DNA of 64,000 nt from an uncultured virus (IMG/VR IMGVR_UViG_3300045016_000216) (taxonomy: Duplodnaviria; Heunggongvirae; Uroviricota; Caudoviricetes): IMG/VR virus record IMGVR_UViG_3300045016_000216; one strand, given 5' to 3'. The notes beneath the pieces are model-generated. The model was not told where the DNA came from. It made no database searches and saw nothing but the letters and a program-made list of their open reading frames with translations. Each line of letters begins with the position of its first letter. Positions within the stretch are counted from its first letter, which is position 1. A program made the position numbers and the translations under genes. Below, one piece after another: positions 1 to 10,322 of the stretch.

Positions 1-57
1 CCTGTAGCCTGTCCTGGTCCTGTAGCCTGTCCTGGTCCTGTAGCCTGTAGCCTGTAG
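1..57. repeat. Short tandem repeat array (CCTGTAG / CCTGTCCTGGT units), truncated by window start
   Basis: cctgtag-cctgtcctggt-cctgtag-cctgtcctggt-cctgtag-cctgtag-cctgtag read directly. Confidence 0.9.
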
Positions 58-471
58 TATAGTATATACAAGGGATAGAGGATGGGATAGGGGTTATAGG
101 GCAAATTCTAATTGGTATAGATTTTGCATATACAAAGTATATAATGCAATCTAATGTCATACATGATACATTAATACCATATACATATACTAATTATATA
201 TTAATGATATATAATGAGATATAATGATACATATTGTATTATACTGTCATTTAATATACTTTAACCATACTAATTATAGATAAAGTATATTAGATGAGAT
301 TAAATGTTAGCTACCCCTGAGTTTATCTCAAAATGGGCGGGGTAGTGCTTCTAAAAGGGGTACTAACCATAATTTTTTTCCTGATTCTACTCATATTTGA
401 AATGGTATTCTCCCCATAATTTTTTCTACTCACGAGGATTAGGTTTAAATTGTGGTCTGTACACTTTTCTC

Positions 472-499
472 TTGACAATTAAACTTCTAAGCGTATATT
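472..499 (+). promoter_or_regulatory. Putative sigma70-type promoter upstream of terminase genes
   Basis: TTGACA(472-477)-16 bp-TATATT(494-499), 25 bp before ATG 525. Confidence 0.5.
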
Positions 500-524
500 C
501 TTTTTTAAAGGGGGTGGTTATTGT

Positions 525-1055
525 ATGGGTAATCTGATTAACATAGGTTCTACTTCTCTGGATAAGGGGAAAATTAAAGATGGTCTTTCTCTCATGGGAT
601 GGGATTCTGTTGATAATTGTAGCGGGGAAGATTGTTCTCTTTATGATAGATGCAAGCATATTAAAAGCGGAAAATGTGCTGTACAAGTTGCTTATATTAA
701 CAACATGTGTGAGACTATGATTGAGGTTTATAAACACATGGATGAAGGTAGTTTATTCAAGGTAGGTATGCACTTAATGCCTTTATATTCTTATTTATGT
801 AAGATGAAGATTGTAGAGGCAGGTGTTAGGGATATGGTTAATATTACCAATAAGGGTATTGTACAGATTCATCCTATCTATAAAGAGATTAGGGAAACAC
901 TTAAAACAATATTGATGATTGGTAGGGATTTAGACCTGTTTTATCGTGGAGTTCCTCAAGAAGGTGAAATTGATTTAGGTGATGAAAATAATGGTTCTAG
1001 GGATCATTATAAGAGGATTTCTGAACTGCCAGAGAGGAAGAAGGTAGTTAGGTGA
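525..1055 (+). CDS. Putative terminase small subunit
   Basis: Directly upstream of large terminase; 176 aa; QIHPIYKEI resembles the (N/H)P motif of small terminases; N-terminal Cys cluster. Confidence 0.55.
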   Translation: MGNLINIGSTSLDKGKIKDGLSLMGWDSVDNCSGEDCSLYDRCKHIKSGKCAVQVAYINNMCETMIEVYKHMDEGSLFKVGMHLMPLYSYLCKMKIVEAGVRDMVNITNKGIVQIHPIYKEIRETLKTILMIGRDLDLFYRGVPQEGEIDLGDENNGSRDHYKRISELPERKKVVR

Positions 1056-1229
1056 ATGAGAGGATGTATTGGTCTTTAATGTCAGGATGGATACTATTTT
1101 GTATCTTGGTATTGGGGGTGATATTATGGAAATCATAGGGTTTATAATTTTTATTATCCTTATGGTTAGAGGCATTAGGTCTGATAGGAAGCTTAAAAAA
1201 GAAGGGAAAAAGAAGGAGATTCATTCTGT

Positions 1230-3104
1230 ATGCCATTTAATATCGAGGTAAAACCTTTATCTGATCCTACTTTAACTGTAGAGGACGCTTTTCCCCCTTA
1301 TATTGTTTATGAACCTACAGATTATAGAGATGGTCCTGAGGGGTTTATTAAATGGTGTGAGGATTTTGTCTGCATACCTATTTATCCTGAGGGGTCTGAT
1401 ATTCCTGTATGGACACCAATGAATAAGCTACCTGTCACACCTAATCCTAAGACTGGTAGATCATTTAGAGGGATGTGGGAAGATAAAAAATCGGTTTATA
1501 GAAATGCCTTGAGGATGAAAAATGGTAGGTTTAGGTATAGAGTTATTGTCTTTTGTTGGATGAGGGGGGAAGGTAAATCACTGGATGCTTGCTTGATCCA
1601 GCTATGGAAGTTTATGAATTGGCCGAGGCAGTTGATAGTTTTAGGTGCTAATAGTAAAGACCAGATCAAATTTGTCCACTATGATATTATAAGAGACATT
1701 GTTCTAAACTCTCCAAAGATCCTTCACCTTGTTGGTAAAAGGAATGTGCAAGAGAAGGAAATTAGGATGAGGGATGAAAAAGGCAATATAGGTTCTAGGA
1801 TAATGCCTATTACATCCTTTAGTGGTATCGTTTCTAATATCACTGGTTATACCTTCTCTGAAATTTTTGCTATGAAGAATCCTAAGTTTTTTGTTGAGCT
1901 TGATGGGTCTACCCGTAACATACCTAACGCCTTGGGTGTGATTGATTCCACTGTATCAGCTAAAAACCACATATTGTATTCCCTTTACAACAACTATATT
2001 AAGGGGGAAACTAAGACCCTTTACTTCGATTACAGGTTTTCCAGTAAAGGAATAACTGAGGATTACTGGAATCCTAACATGGATCAAGACCAATTAGATG
2101 ATTACAGAGCTAAGTTTCCTATGGGTGACTTTGAGAAATTTTTTCTTAACACCTGGGGTTCTGCTAGTTCTAAAGCCTTTTCTGAAGAAATGGTAGAAGC
2201 TATTAATTATCTAGGATGTGATGGTGTTATAGGGAACCATTCTGAGTTAATGACTTTGTTGAAACAAAGGAATGTCCTTATCAATGAAGTAGCTATAAAA
2301 GGTATACCTATTGAAGATAAGATAAATAAGATCATACCTAGATTAAAACCTGTAACTGGGATTTATTCTTTATCAGATATACATGGGTTTCCTAAGTCTG
2401 CTACTATGGATGACCTTATTAAGCTTACTAGAACATTTGACACCGATTGGGTTATACTACATGCTACTGATAGGGCTGATCCATTGAAAGGGACAGGACA
2501 ATCTAGTGCTAGGACTATTTCTGTTTGTTTAGCTAAAGGACTTCCTGGTAGCAGGTCTAATCCTTTTATTCCTGAAGGGGTGGTCCCAAATTACCTTTAT
2601 GTTGTACTCAGTTTGGTATTAATAGATTCAAATTCTTTGGAAGATATAAAATCCCACATATTAGATTGTAATGCTGAATATGATGGTATTGACTGCATAT
2701 CAGGTGAGCGGTGGGGGTTATGGGATTTGAAACCTTGGTGTGAGGAACAAGTTATAAAGTTTGATCCAGTGTATCCTACTTATGATAAACAAAGGGCAGC
2801 ATTTAATGAACTGTTTATGGCTATATCTACCGGAAGATTTAAGTCTGCACCTATAGTTATATGGGGTAGTAAAGAGCAAGACATCCTTAAAGAGGAGTTG
2901 AACATTTTTTATCATGATACTGATAAAAGATGGTTCGGATCACCAGAAAAAAGTGAAAAAGATGGTATTCAGGATGATGCTGTCTTCGCAACTGGGTGGG
3001 CTATGTACGGGGGAAGAGAACTTTCAGTGGATAATTTCCGTTCTAGAGACAAAAAAGTGTGGTTTGGAGATTTTTTTCCTGATAATTCTCGAATTTCTGC
3101 ATAA
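1230..3104 (+). CDS. terL: Terminase large subunit
   Basis: Walker A-like WMRGEGKS, GANSKDQ, atypical Walker B YTFSE, C-terminal nuclease acidic motifs (ATDRAD, IQDDAV); upstream of portal. Confidence 0.85.
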   Translation: MPFNIEVKPLSDPTLTVEDAFPPYIVYEPTDYRDGPEGFIKWCEDFVCIPIYPEGSDIPVWTPMNKLPVTPNPKTGRSFRGMWEDKKSVYRNALRMKNGRFRYRVIVFCWMRGEGKSLDACLIQLWKFMNWPRQLIVLGANSKDQIKFVHYDIIRDIVLNSPKILHLVGKRNVQEKEIRMRDEKGNIGSRIMPITSFSGIVSNITGYTFSEIFAMKNPKFFVELDGSTRNIPNALGVIDSTVSAKNHILYSLYNNYIKGETKTLYFDYRFSSKGITEDYWNPNMDQDQLDDYRAKFPMGDFEKFFLNTWGSASSKAFSEEMVEAINYLGCDGVIGNHSELMTLLKQRNVLINEVAIKGIPIEDKINKIIPRLKPVTGIYSLSDIHGFPKSATMDDLIKLTRTFDTDWVILHATDRADPLKGTGQSSARTISVCLAKGLPGSRSNPFIPEGVVPNYLYVVLSLVLIDSNSLEDIKSHILDCNAEYDGIDCISGERWGLWDLKPWCEEQVIKFDPVYPTYDKQRAAFNELFMAISTGRFKSAPIVIWGSKEQDILKEELNIFYHDTDKRWFGSPEKSEKDGIQDDAVFATGWAMYGGRELSVDNFRSRDKKVWFGDFFPDNSRISA

Positions 3105-3109
3105 AAAAC

Positions 3110-3138
3110 TTGACTTTTTCCAATTTTTATGAAATATT
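3110..3138 (+). promoter_or_regulatory. Putative promoter upstream of portal
   Basis: TTGACT(3110-3115) with AT-rich -10 region; shares ACTTGACTTTTTC with the site at 13381. Confidence 0.4.
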
Positions 3139-3163
3139 TAGTAAAAATCGGGAGATTTTTACT

Positions 3164-4744
3164 ATGGACACAAAATTTGATTTAGCACAAAAAGCACTTA
3201 GTAAATTGACAGATGAAGATTTGTCCCACATTCAGTTTACTATGACCTGGCAATATGATTCTGATGAAGGCACTTATAAAGACTCTGATGGGTTTGTAAG
3301 TAAGCTGAATAAAGAGCCAGAAAAAAGAATAGACCTTCAAGCAGAGTGTTGGGACAAATTCAACAAAAATCCTCAATTCAATACTTCTGTAAGAGGTTTG
3401 GTAGGAAGACTTACTGGTAAGGATTTCAGTATAACCTCTGAAGTTAGACAGATACAGGATTTTTTAAAAGAATTTGAATATGACCCAAGAAATAGATTGT
3501 ACAATTTCTGGCCTAAATATGTAGGCAGAGCTTTTATTGAAGGTGAGCTTTTTTTATGTGCCACTATCAATAGCGAAAAGTTCATAGAAATTGATTTTAT
3601 TGATCCCGCCATTGTAAAGGGTTCTTTAGATGAAGATGGTATAATCTATCATCCTTTCAAAACTCTAATGCCCATCCTTTATACAATAAAGACTTCTGAT
3701 AATTACATGCAGATTCCCTCTATTTATGTTGCCTATTACCCCGAATTGATGGATGTAGCTAAAGAGGATAATAATTATAGCGAAGAGTATTTGAAGGGCA
3801 GCAAGAGTTCTAAGTTTAAAAGTATTGGGGGATTCAACAGATTTATAATTGCTTGGGATAAATCCTTTATTACTAAGAGAAATGCCTCTTATTTAAGAAC
3901 TACTATTGAATGGTTGAATTATTATGAGAGTTTGAAAAAATATGAAATAGACCATAAAAAGGCTAGTGGGGCTTATTTATGGGTAATAAGGATAATAGAG
4001 CCTAAGGCATTTAGAACTTGGCTTTCTCTTACAGATGAAGATAAGAGAAAAACAGGGATAATGGCAAAAAAGACACCTGGAGGTACATTAATACTTCCCC
4101 CAGGTATGGAGATTGAAGTTAAAAATCCACAACTTCCTAAAATATCTGAAACTGATACGGATATTTTACATATGGTAACATCTGGACTAAATGAACCTGA
4201 GGACATATCTACCGGACAATCTAAAGGTACATTTGCTTCAGTTAAGGCCAGTAGAGGTCCTATGTCTGATAGGATTTCAGATGAAGTAGCTTATTTTGAA
4301 AGATTCTTAAAATTTGATTTTTATAAGTCAATATTCTTCTTAAAATCGAAAATAAGCAACTTCCCTGAATTTTTTAGAGTGAGAAAAGCAGTAGATTTTA
4401 AAAACGGAAAGCCTGTTTTTGAGTATGTCAAGGAAAGACCAGAATTTCTTATAAATATATCCTTCCCCATTTCTGAGGTTATTGATGCGGAAGCAAGAGC
4501 TAGGGCTTATCTAGGTGTCAAACATGGTTCTACTAATGACACTCTAGGTATACCTAATTCTGTTATAGCTTCTAACTTGGGTTTAGGTGATAATTATAAG
4601 GAAATGAGATTGAAACATGCTACTGAAGAAGAAGATTATCCTGAATTGATTTCTACATTAGATCAGGAATCAGTTCAAGAAAAAAAGGAAGCGGAACCCC
4701 CAAAAAATAAAGGATTAGTTAAAAGGAAAAAGGAGGTGAAGTAA
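3164..4744 (+). CDS. Portal protein
   Basis: Follows terL; ~526 aa; GELF, GGTLILPPGME and charged C-tail; start placed at ATG 3164 after GGAG RBS. Confidence 0.75.
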   Translation: MDTKFDLAQKALSKLTDEDLSHIQFTMTWQYDSDEGTYKDSDGFVSKLNKEPEKRIDLQAECWDKFNKNPQFNTSVRGLVGRLTGKDFSITSEVRQIQDFLKEFEYDPRNRLYNFWPKYVGRAFIEGELFLCATINSEKFIEIDFIDPAIVKGSLDEDGIIYHPFKTLMPILYTIKTSDNYMQIPSIYVAYYPELMDVAKEDNNYSEEYLKGSKSSKFKSIGGFNRFIIAWDKSFITKRNASYLRTTIEWLNYYESLKKYEIDHKKASGAYLWVIRIIEPKAFRTWLSLTDEDKRKTGIMAKKTPGGTLILPPGMEIEVKNPQLPKISETDTDILHMVTSGLNEPEDISTGQSKGTFASVKASRGPMSDRISDEVAYFERFLKFDFYKSIFFLKSKISNFPEFFRVRKAVDFKNGKPVFEYVKERPEFLINISFPISEVIDAEARARAYLGVKHGSTNDTLGIPNSVIASNLGLGDNYKEMRLKHATEEEDYPELISTLDQESVQEKKEAEPPKNKGLVKRKKEVK

Positions 4745-5116
4745 ATGGAAAGGTATGATAAAGGATTTCCCTACAAAGAAACGGTTTTTGATTCCCATTT
4801 AATTAGTGGAGAAACTACTTTGAGAAGTGAGGCACTTCGCATAAGTGGGGATAGGAATATAGGAGTTTGGTTCCAGGCTATTTCAAGTTCCAGTGTTCCT
4901 AAGCTTAAATTATATTATGAGGTGAGTCATGATGATGTAGATTCTCATTTTGCTAAACCTGAAGCAACTTCTGATCTCATGTATAATTTATCTGGTGAAA
5001 CTGTTAAAGCAACTTCCTTTACTGCTCCTCCTCTACCTTATATAAAATTTGTAGTACAAGGTATGCCAGGGAATCCGAACGATACAGTTATTACCGAGGT
5101 TGTGATCTGTGAGTAG
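4745..5116 (+). CDS. Hypothetical protein (beta-rich, possibly virion-associated)
   Basis: 123 aa ORF with AGGAGG RBS, directly after portal. Confidence 0.5.
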   Translation: MERYDKGFPYKETVFDSHLISGETTLRSEALRISGDRNIGVWFQAISSSSVPKLKLYYEVSHDDVDSHFAKPEATSDLMYNLSGETVKATSFTAPPLPYIKFVVQGMPGNPNDTVITEVVICE

Positions 5117-5438
5117 AGAATGGTTGTATAAGGATATTTATGAAGAGGATGTTCCAGAACAACCCAACTGGAGAGATCATGTTTTGTTTTGGCTACCAAA
5201 AAGAATAAATGGATATTTAATAAAGGAGGATGAAGATGAAATAGATTAAAAATTAGATATGCCTGCACTTTGGCAGAGTACATTACAAATAAATTAGGAC
5301 AAACTAATCCAGGTTGGTTAAAAGGTTTTTATCCTAGAAGAAAAGATTTTGTAAGAATAATGGAAAAACAAGTTCAAACATTTCCACATAACGTAAGATG
5401 AGAAATTATAAAGTAATAAATATGGTGAATTTTGATAC

Positions 5439-5467
5439 TTGACAAATCTCCAAAAATAAGATATGTA
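5439..5467 (+). promoter_or_regulatory. Putative sigma70-type promoter of first glycosyltransferase cluster
   Basis: TTGACA(5439-5444)-17 bp-TATGTA(5462-5467). Confidence 0.55.
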
Positions 5468-5483
5468 AATATGAGAGGTAAAT

Positions 5484-6242
5484 ATGAAATTATCAATAAT
5501 CGTGGCTGTACTTAATAGTCATGAAGTGGTTAGGAGACACATTCTGTTTTGGGAAAAGATGGGAGGTCTTCCTAAGGATGTAGAAGTCCTATTCATGGAC
5601 AATGGTTCTGATCCCCCCTTATCTTTTCCAAATCACAATTTAGGAGAAAATTTTCATATAATTCCTACTTACGACTACCGAGAATGGAATGTGGAGCCTG
5701 CAAGAAATATGGGGGCTAAGTTGGCTAAAGGTGAATTTCTTTTAATGACTGATATTGATTATGTTATCAATGAAGATGCTATGATGGCAGCTTTTACTCT
5801 TAAGGAAGACAAAGCCGGATTCCATAGGGAATTTGGTGTTATTGATGAAGAAGGGAATTTTACTCAAGATTTTGATGAATTGAGAAAATATGGATTATTG
5901 GAATCCAGAATACAAGAGAGAGGTACAAAAATGCCTCCTCACCCAAATAATTTTATAATGAAGAAAGAGATTTTTTGGAAATTAGGGGGATATAGGGAAG
6001 ATGTTGTGGGAAAGACTTATCCAAATAAGGGTGATACTTATTGGAAGAGAACTTGGTCTGAGGCTTTAGAGAAAGGCATTGTCACAATTCAAGATGCTAA
6101 TTTAAGGAAAACTCTTTATATGTTTCCTAATGGTCAGTTTTGTGGGGATGTAGACTACAACCCTTTTAATCTGTTTCATAATCTTACTAGGAAAACTGAA
6201 CAAAACCATTGGTATCAAAAATCAATAGGAAATATGAAATGA
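5484..6242 (+). CDS. GT2-family (GT-A) glycosyltransferase
   Basis: MKLSIIV, MDNGSD, ARNMGAKLAKGEFLLMTDID (DxD), FWKLGGYRED. Confidence 0.85.
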   Translation: MKLSIIVAVLNSHEVVRRHILFWEKMGGLPKDVEVLFMDNGSDPPLSFPNHNLGENFHIIPTYDYREWNVEPARNMGAKLAKGEFLLMTDIDYVINEDAMMAAFTLKEDKAGFHREFGVIDEEGNFTQDFDELRKYGLLESRIQERGTKMPPHPNNFIMKKEIFWKLGGYREDVVGKTYPNKGDTYWKRTWSEALEKGIVTIQDANLRKTLYMFPNGQFCGDVDYNPFNLFHNLTRKTEQNHWYQKSIGNMK

Positions 6243-7456
6243 AAATTTGTTTAATAAGATGTCCTTCACCTTTTTTATTAGAAGATAAAGTATTTCCCCC
6301 TTTAGGGTTGATGTCTGTAGGTACTGTTTTAAAAAGGGCAGGACATGATGTTATTATTCATGATGGGGACATGGTAGATATTCCAATGAATTGTGATGCT
6401 TATGGGTTGGGTCCTACAACTCCTGAACATTCTTATGCTTTGACTGCTTTGGAATTAATAAGGGAACAAAATTTTCCAACTAGGATAATTATAGGAGGAC
6501 CTCATGTTTTATTGAAATCTAACCATTATTTTAATAAAGCAGATTTTGATTGTGTAGTGAGAGGAGATGGAGAACCTGTTGTGAATACAGCTTTTGTTAG
6601 TAAGGTAAAATCTATAGATGGGGGAGAAGATAACTCCCTAGATGATTACCCTCCTTTAGACTATTCTCTTATAAATTTAAAAAGTTATAAATATAAATTG
6701 AACGGCATTCCTTGCATGACAATGATTAGTAGTAGAGGATGTCCCTATCATTGTGCCTTCTGTTTTAAAAATTATACCAAAATAAGATACAGAAGTGTTG
6801 AAAATGTAATATCAGAAATAAGGGATTTACATTTTACTTTTGGGTATAATGCTCTAGCTTTTCCAGAAGATATTTTCATACTTAATAAAAAGAGAACTGA
6901 AACCATTTGTTCTGAACTGAAACGGTTAGGTATAATATTCAGGTGTTTGATTAGGGCTGATGTTTTGATAAAGCATGGGTTATCTTTTGCTAGAATGTTA
7001 GCAGAATCAGGATGTGTTGAAGTGGGTATGGGAATAGAGTCTGGATCAGAACAAATTTTGAAAACTATAAATAAAGGGGAAACTTCTTCTACTATCCGTA
7101 AAGCCATTTTTATGATGAAGGATGTAGGGTTGAAGGTGAAAGGATTTTTTATAATGGGGTTGCCCGGAGAATCTAAGAAAACTATAGATGAGACTAGAAG
7201 GTTCTTAGATGAAGTTGATTTAGATGATCTGGATATAAAAATATATCAACCTTTTCCAGGCACTCCGATCTGGAATAATAAAGATAAATTTGATATTGAT
7301 TGGGATAAGGATGAAGATTGGTCCCATATGTTTTACAAAGGTAGACCTGGTGAGTATTATGGTAGTGTTAGAACCTCCCATTTATCTACAGACCTAATTT
7401 ACAGAGAATGGGTTTCCATGGAGAATACTTATAAAAAATGGACTTATCAGTCATAA
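6239..7456 (+). CDS. B12-binding-domain radical SAM protein (class B/BchE-like)
   Basis: PPLGL, GGPH, SSRGCPYHCAFC (CxxxCxxC), GIESGS, FIMGLPGE, PFPGTP; ATGA overlap with upstream gene. Confidence 0.88.
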   Translation: MKICLIRCPSPFLLEDKVFPPLGLMSVGTVLKRAGHDVIIHDGDMVDIPMNCDAYGLGPTTPEHSYALTALELIREQNFPTRIIIGGPHVLLKSNHYFNKADFDCVVRGDGEPVVNTAFVSKVKSIDGGEDNSLDDYPPLDYSLINLKSYKYKLNGIPCMTMISSRGCPYHCAFCFKNYTKIRYRSVENVISEIRDLHFTFGYNALAFPEDIFILNKKRTETICSELKRLGIIFRCLIRADVLIKHGLSFARMLAESGCVEVGMGIESGSEQILKTINKGETSSTIRKAIFMMKDVGLKVKGFFIMGLPGESKKTIDETRRFLDEVDLDDLDIKIYQPFPGTPIWNNKDKFDIDWDKDEDWSHMFYKGRPGEYYGSVRTSHLSTDLIYREWVSMENTYKKWTYQS

Positions 7457-8395
7457 TACCTTCTAGGAATGAAGAATTTCTAGGAAGAACTATAAATGAT
7501 ATTTTAGACAAGGCTAGGGCTGAGACTGAGGTTATAGTTATACTTGATGGGTATTGGCCTGATCCCCCAATACCTGATAGAAAAAATGTAGTGTTTATCC
7601 ATCATACTGAATCAATAGGACAAAGGGCTGCTGTTAATGAAGGAGCTTGTTTATCTAAAGCAAAATTTATTATGAAATTGGATGCCCATACTGTAGTAGA
7701 TGAGGGTTTTGATGTAAAACTTATGGCTGATTGTGAATATGACTGGACTGTAATACCTAGGATGTATAATCTTTATGGGTTTGATTGGGTGTGCAAAAAG
7801 TGTGGAAATAGGTGGTATCAAGGACCTGAGCCTACAAAATGCAAAAAGAATGTTGGTAGAGAGAAGTTGGAAGATAATGAAAAATGTGATAGTGTTGAAT
7901 TTGAAAGAGAAATAATCTGGAAGCCTAGATGGAATAGAAGGACAGACTTTGCTAGATTTGATAGTACCATGCACTTTCAATATTGGAGACAATATGATGA
8001 TAGACCGGAATCTAAAACGGATATAGCTGATGTAATGTCTACTATAGGAAATGGTTTATTCATGCATAGGGGGAAGATTTTACGATTTAGAAGGAATGGA
8101 TGAGAAGCATGGTAGTTGGGGACAATTTGGTACTGAAATTGCTTGCAAATCTTGGCTATCGGGCGGAAAAATGGTAGTAAATAAGAAAACATGGTATTCC
8201 CATTTATTTCGTACTCAAAATGGATTTGGTTTTCCTTATGTATTGTCAGGAAATGCACAAGAGAGGGCTAGAGAATATTCAAGATGGTTATGGTTGGGGG
8301 ATAATTGGCATTTAGCAAAATTGCCTTTAAAATGGTTAATTAAAAAATTTGCACCTGTTCCTGGATGGGAAGGACATTCTTATAATGAAACTTAG
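7438..8395 (+). pseudogene. GT2/polypeptide GalNAc-transferase-like glycosyltransferase split by a +1 frameshift (ORFs 7438-8103 and 8051-8395)
   Basis: SVIIPSRNE and KLDAH (DxH) in the first frame; MDEKHGSWGQFGTEIACKSWLSGG and SHLFR in the second; removing one G from G5 (8069-8073) joins them. May be an assembly error. Confidence 0.75.
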
Positions 8396-8595
8396 ATGTG
8401 GTTCTTGTAGATGGTGGGATAATTATCATGAATCTATTAAATTGGTTCCTTTTGTTCCTGGTAAAGATAAAATAGGTTTTTGTAGAAAGCATAAACCTAT
8501 GTTTATAAATGTGAGCGGTTACTATTATGGAGTATGGGGAGTATGTGATAGTGAAGAGTTTTGCGGAGAATTTTCAGAACTGAAGGAGATATGAA

Positions 8596-9120
8596 ATGGG
8601 ATGTCAGTCTATTGTGGAACTAAGTAATAATTTGACTTTCTCCATTTGTACTCATGATCCGGATACAGGGATTTTGACTGATGCTTCTGGTAATCCCTCT
8701 TACAGAATATATGAGGATGAAACAGCAACGGCAATCTTGACAGGAACTATGGGAAAATTAGATGATTCTAACACTACTGGATTTTATACCGAACAGATTG
8801 CTTGTACTTCGGGAAATGGGTTTGAGTTGGGAAAATCTTACACTATTTATATTGAGGCTACAGTAAGTGGCAACTTAGGAGGTATTGCTTTTTCATTTAC
8901 GGTTATTTCTCTAGCTGATCAAGTTTTTGATGAAGTAGTAGAAGGTGCTTTGACAGCTAGACAGATTTTGAGGCTTTTGTTGGCTGCTTTAGCTGGGAAA
9001 TCTTCTGGGGGAGGTACAAGTTCTGTAGCCTTTAGAGATGTAGCTGATTCCAAAAATAGGGTTTCCGCTACTGTAGATGATGATGGGAATAGGACTGCTG
9101 TAACTTTGAGTGGTGATTAA
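8596..9120 (+). CDS. Hypothetical protein, probably virion structural
   Basis: Ser/Thr/Gly-rich beta composition; AAGGAG RBS. Confidence 0.45.
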   Translation: MGCQSIVELSNNLTFSICTHDPDTGILTDASGNPSYRIYEDETATAILTGTMGKLDDSNTTGFYTEQIACTSGNGFELGKSYTIYIEATVSGNLGGIAFSFTVISLADQVFDEVVEGALTARQILRLLLAALAGKSSGGGTSSVAFRDVADSKNRVSATVDDDGNRTAVTLSGD

Positions 9121-9323
9121 TGGCTAATGGGTATTTTCCAAGTGAATATTTTCCTATTAAATACTGGATGGACAATTATTGGCCTGATATTTGGCCAGGA
9201 TTAGCAGGATATTTAACCGAAACTACTATAGTTTCCATAACACCTATTAGAACTACAGGATTTATAACTCCTGTTAATGAAATGGAATCCCTAACCTCTA
9301 AAAGGACTATTCACTCTATTTAG
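9120..9323 (+). CDS. Hypothetical protein (YFP/YWP repeats)
   Basis: TAATG overlap with upstream gene. Confidence 0.45.
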   Translation: MANGYFPSEYFPIKYWMDNYWPDIWPGLAGYLTETTIVSITPIRTTGFITPVNEMESLTSKRTIHSI

Positions 9324-9334
9324 AAGGTGTTAAG

Positions 9335-9670
9335 ATGGCTAAGGAAAAATTTTATCCAAGACATAGCAATTCTAATAATTTCTTGTTAAAATCTGACGGT
9401 GTTATTTATCCTTTAGATGATTTTACCAGTGCTACTTTTTCAATAAGAAATCATAAAGTTGTATCTAGCAATGGTGACACCGACCCTATAAGATGGTGTA
9501 AATCTGGATATGCTTCTGGAGAAATTAGGATATTTCTCAGTGGGGAAACTATTACAGCAGGAATAGATGAAGAGGCTTATTTAGTCATTTATAGCCCTAG
9601 CTATCCTGCTGGATATGTTTGGGGAAGTGTAGATAGTGAGGTGATTGTAGAAGTAGAAGCTACTGGATGA
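9335..9670 (+). CDS. Hypothetical protein
   Basis: 111 aa ORF, operonic spacing, RBS. Confidence 0.5.
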   Translation: MAKEKFYPRHSNSNNFLLKSDGVIYPLDDFTSATFSIRNHKVVSSNGDTDPIRWCKSGYASGEIRIFLSGETITAGIDEEAYLVIYSPSYPAGYVWGSVDSEVIVEVEATG

Positions 9671-9682
9671 GGAGGATAAACT

Positions 9683-10036
9683 ATGAGGAAAAATATATTT
9701 TTGTATTGTTTTTTGTCTCTGTTTGTATCTTTTGGTTTGATAGTAGTTTTAAGGACTTATGCAGCCGAAAATGTTGTAACCATCCCTCTATCAGAAAAAG
9801 AGGGATGGTTTATGCTTTTATTAAATGATAGGTATCTTCAAAAGTGGTTTAGCAATCACACAATCTTAATGAACTGGATCTCGACCATCTGGACTGCTGT
9901 AACTGGGACCGGGAGCATAACAGCAGGAATCATCGGATTCCTTAAATATCGGGCCGTCAAAAATCCAAACGTGCCAACCAATACCATTAAGGAATATTGG
10001 CAGTATAAGGCCAGGAAGGTGAAAAATGTTTTATGA
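9683..10036 (+). CDS. Membrane protein
   Basis: N-terminal and second hydrophobic segments; GGAGGA RBS. Confidence 0.5.
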   Translation: MRKNIFLYCFLSLFVSFGLIVVLRTYAAENVVTIPLSEKEGWFMLLLNDRYLQKWFSNHTILMNWISTIWTAVTGTGSITAGIIGFLKYRAVKNPNVPTNTIKEYWQYKARKVKNVL

Positions 10037-10322
10037 GGACAATAATATAATGGTAGCCGAATTTGGTCATGGAGATATTGCTATCTATCCTGGTTATCTT
10101 ACTGAGGACAAATCAATAAAGACAATTTCACTTGCAGATAATTCATGTAAAATCCATAACCCCGGTGATCTATTACCAGAAGATAATTGTGGAAAAAGTG
10201 ATACTGAAGTTGACACCGTTATTAGATTAGTTTTTAAAAAAAAGGAATCAATTATTGCGTTAATGTATGTACTATTAGGCTTCTTAGAAGAAGACAAGGG
10301 GAAGGTGGAAAATGCCAAATGA
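10026..10322 (+). CDS. Hypothetical protein
   Basis: 98 aa, overlaps both neighbours. Confidence 0.5.
   Translation: MFYEDNNIMVAEFGHGDIAIYPGYLTEDKSIKTISLADNSCKIHNPGDLLPEDNCGKSDTEVDTVIRLVFKKKESIIALMYVLLGFLEEDKGKVENAK

Noticed and set aside
1..57. CRISPR or coding repeat at window start
   Set aside because: Units are 5-11 bp with no spacers and no supportable ORF.
3110..3163. TTG start of portal given by the ORF track
   Set aside because: It coincides with a -35 hexamer; ATG 3164 has an RBS.
5117..5401. Genes between 5116 and the first GT cluster
   Set aside because: Only short open frames without usable starts; possibly decayed ORFs, not supportable.
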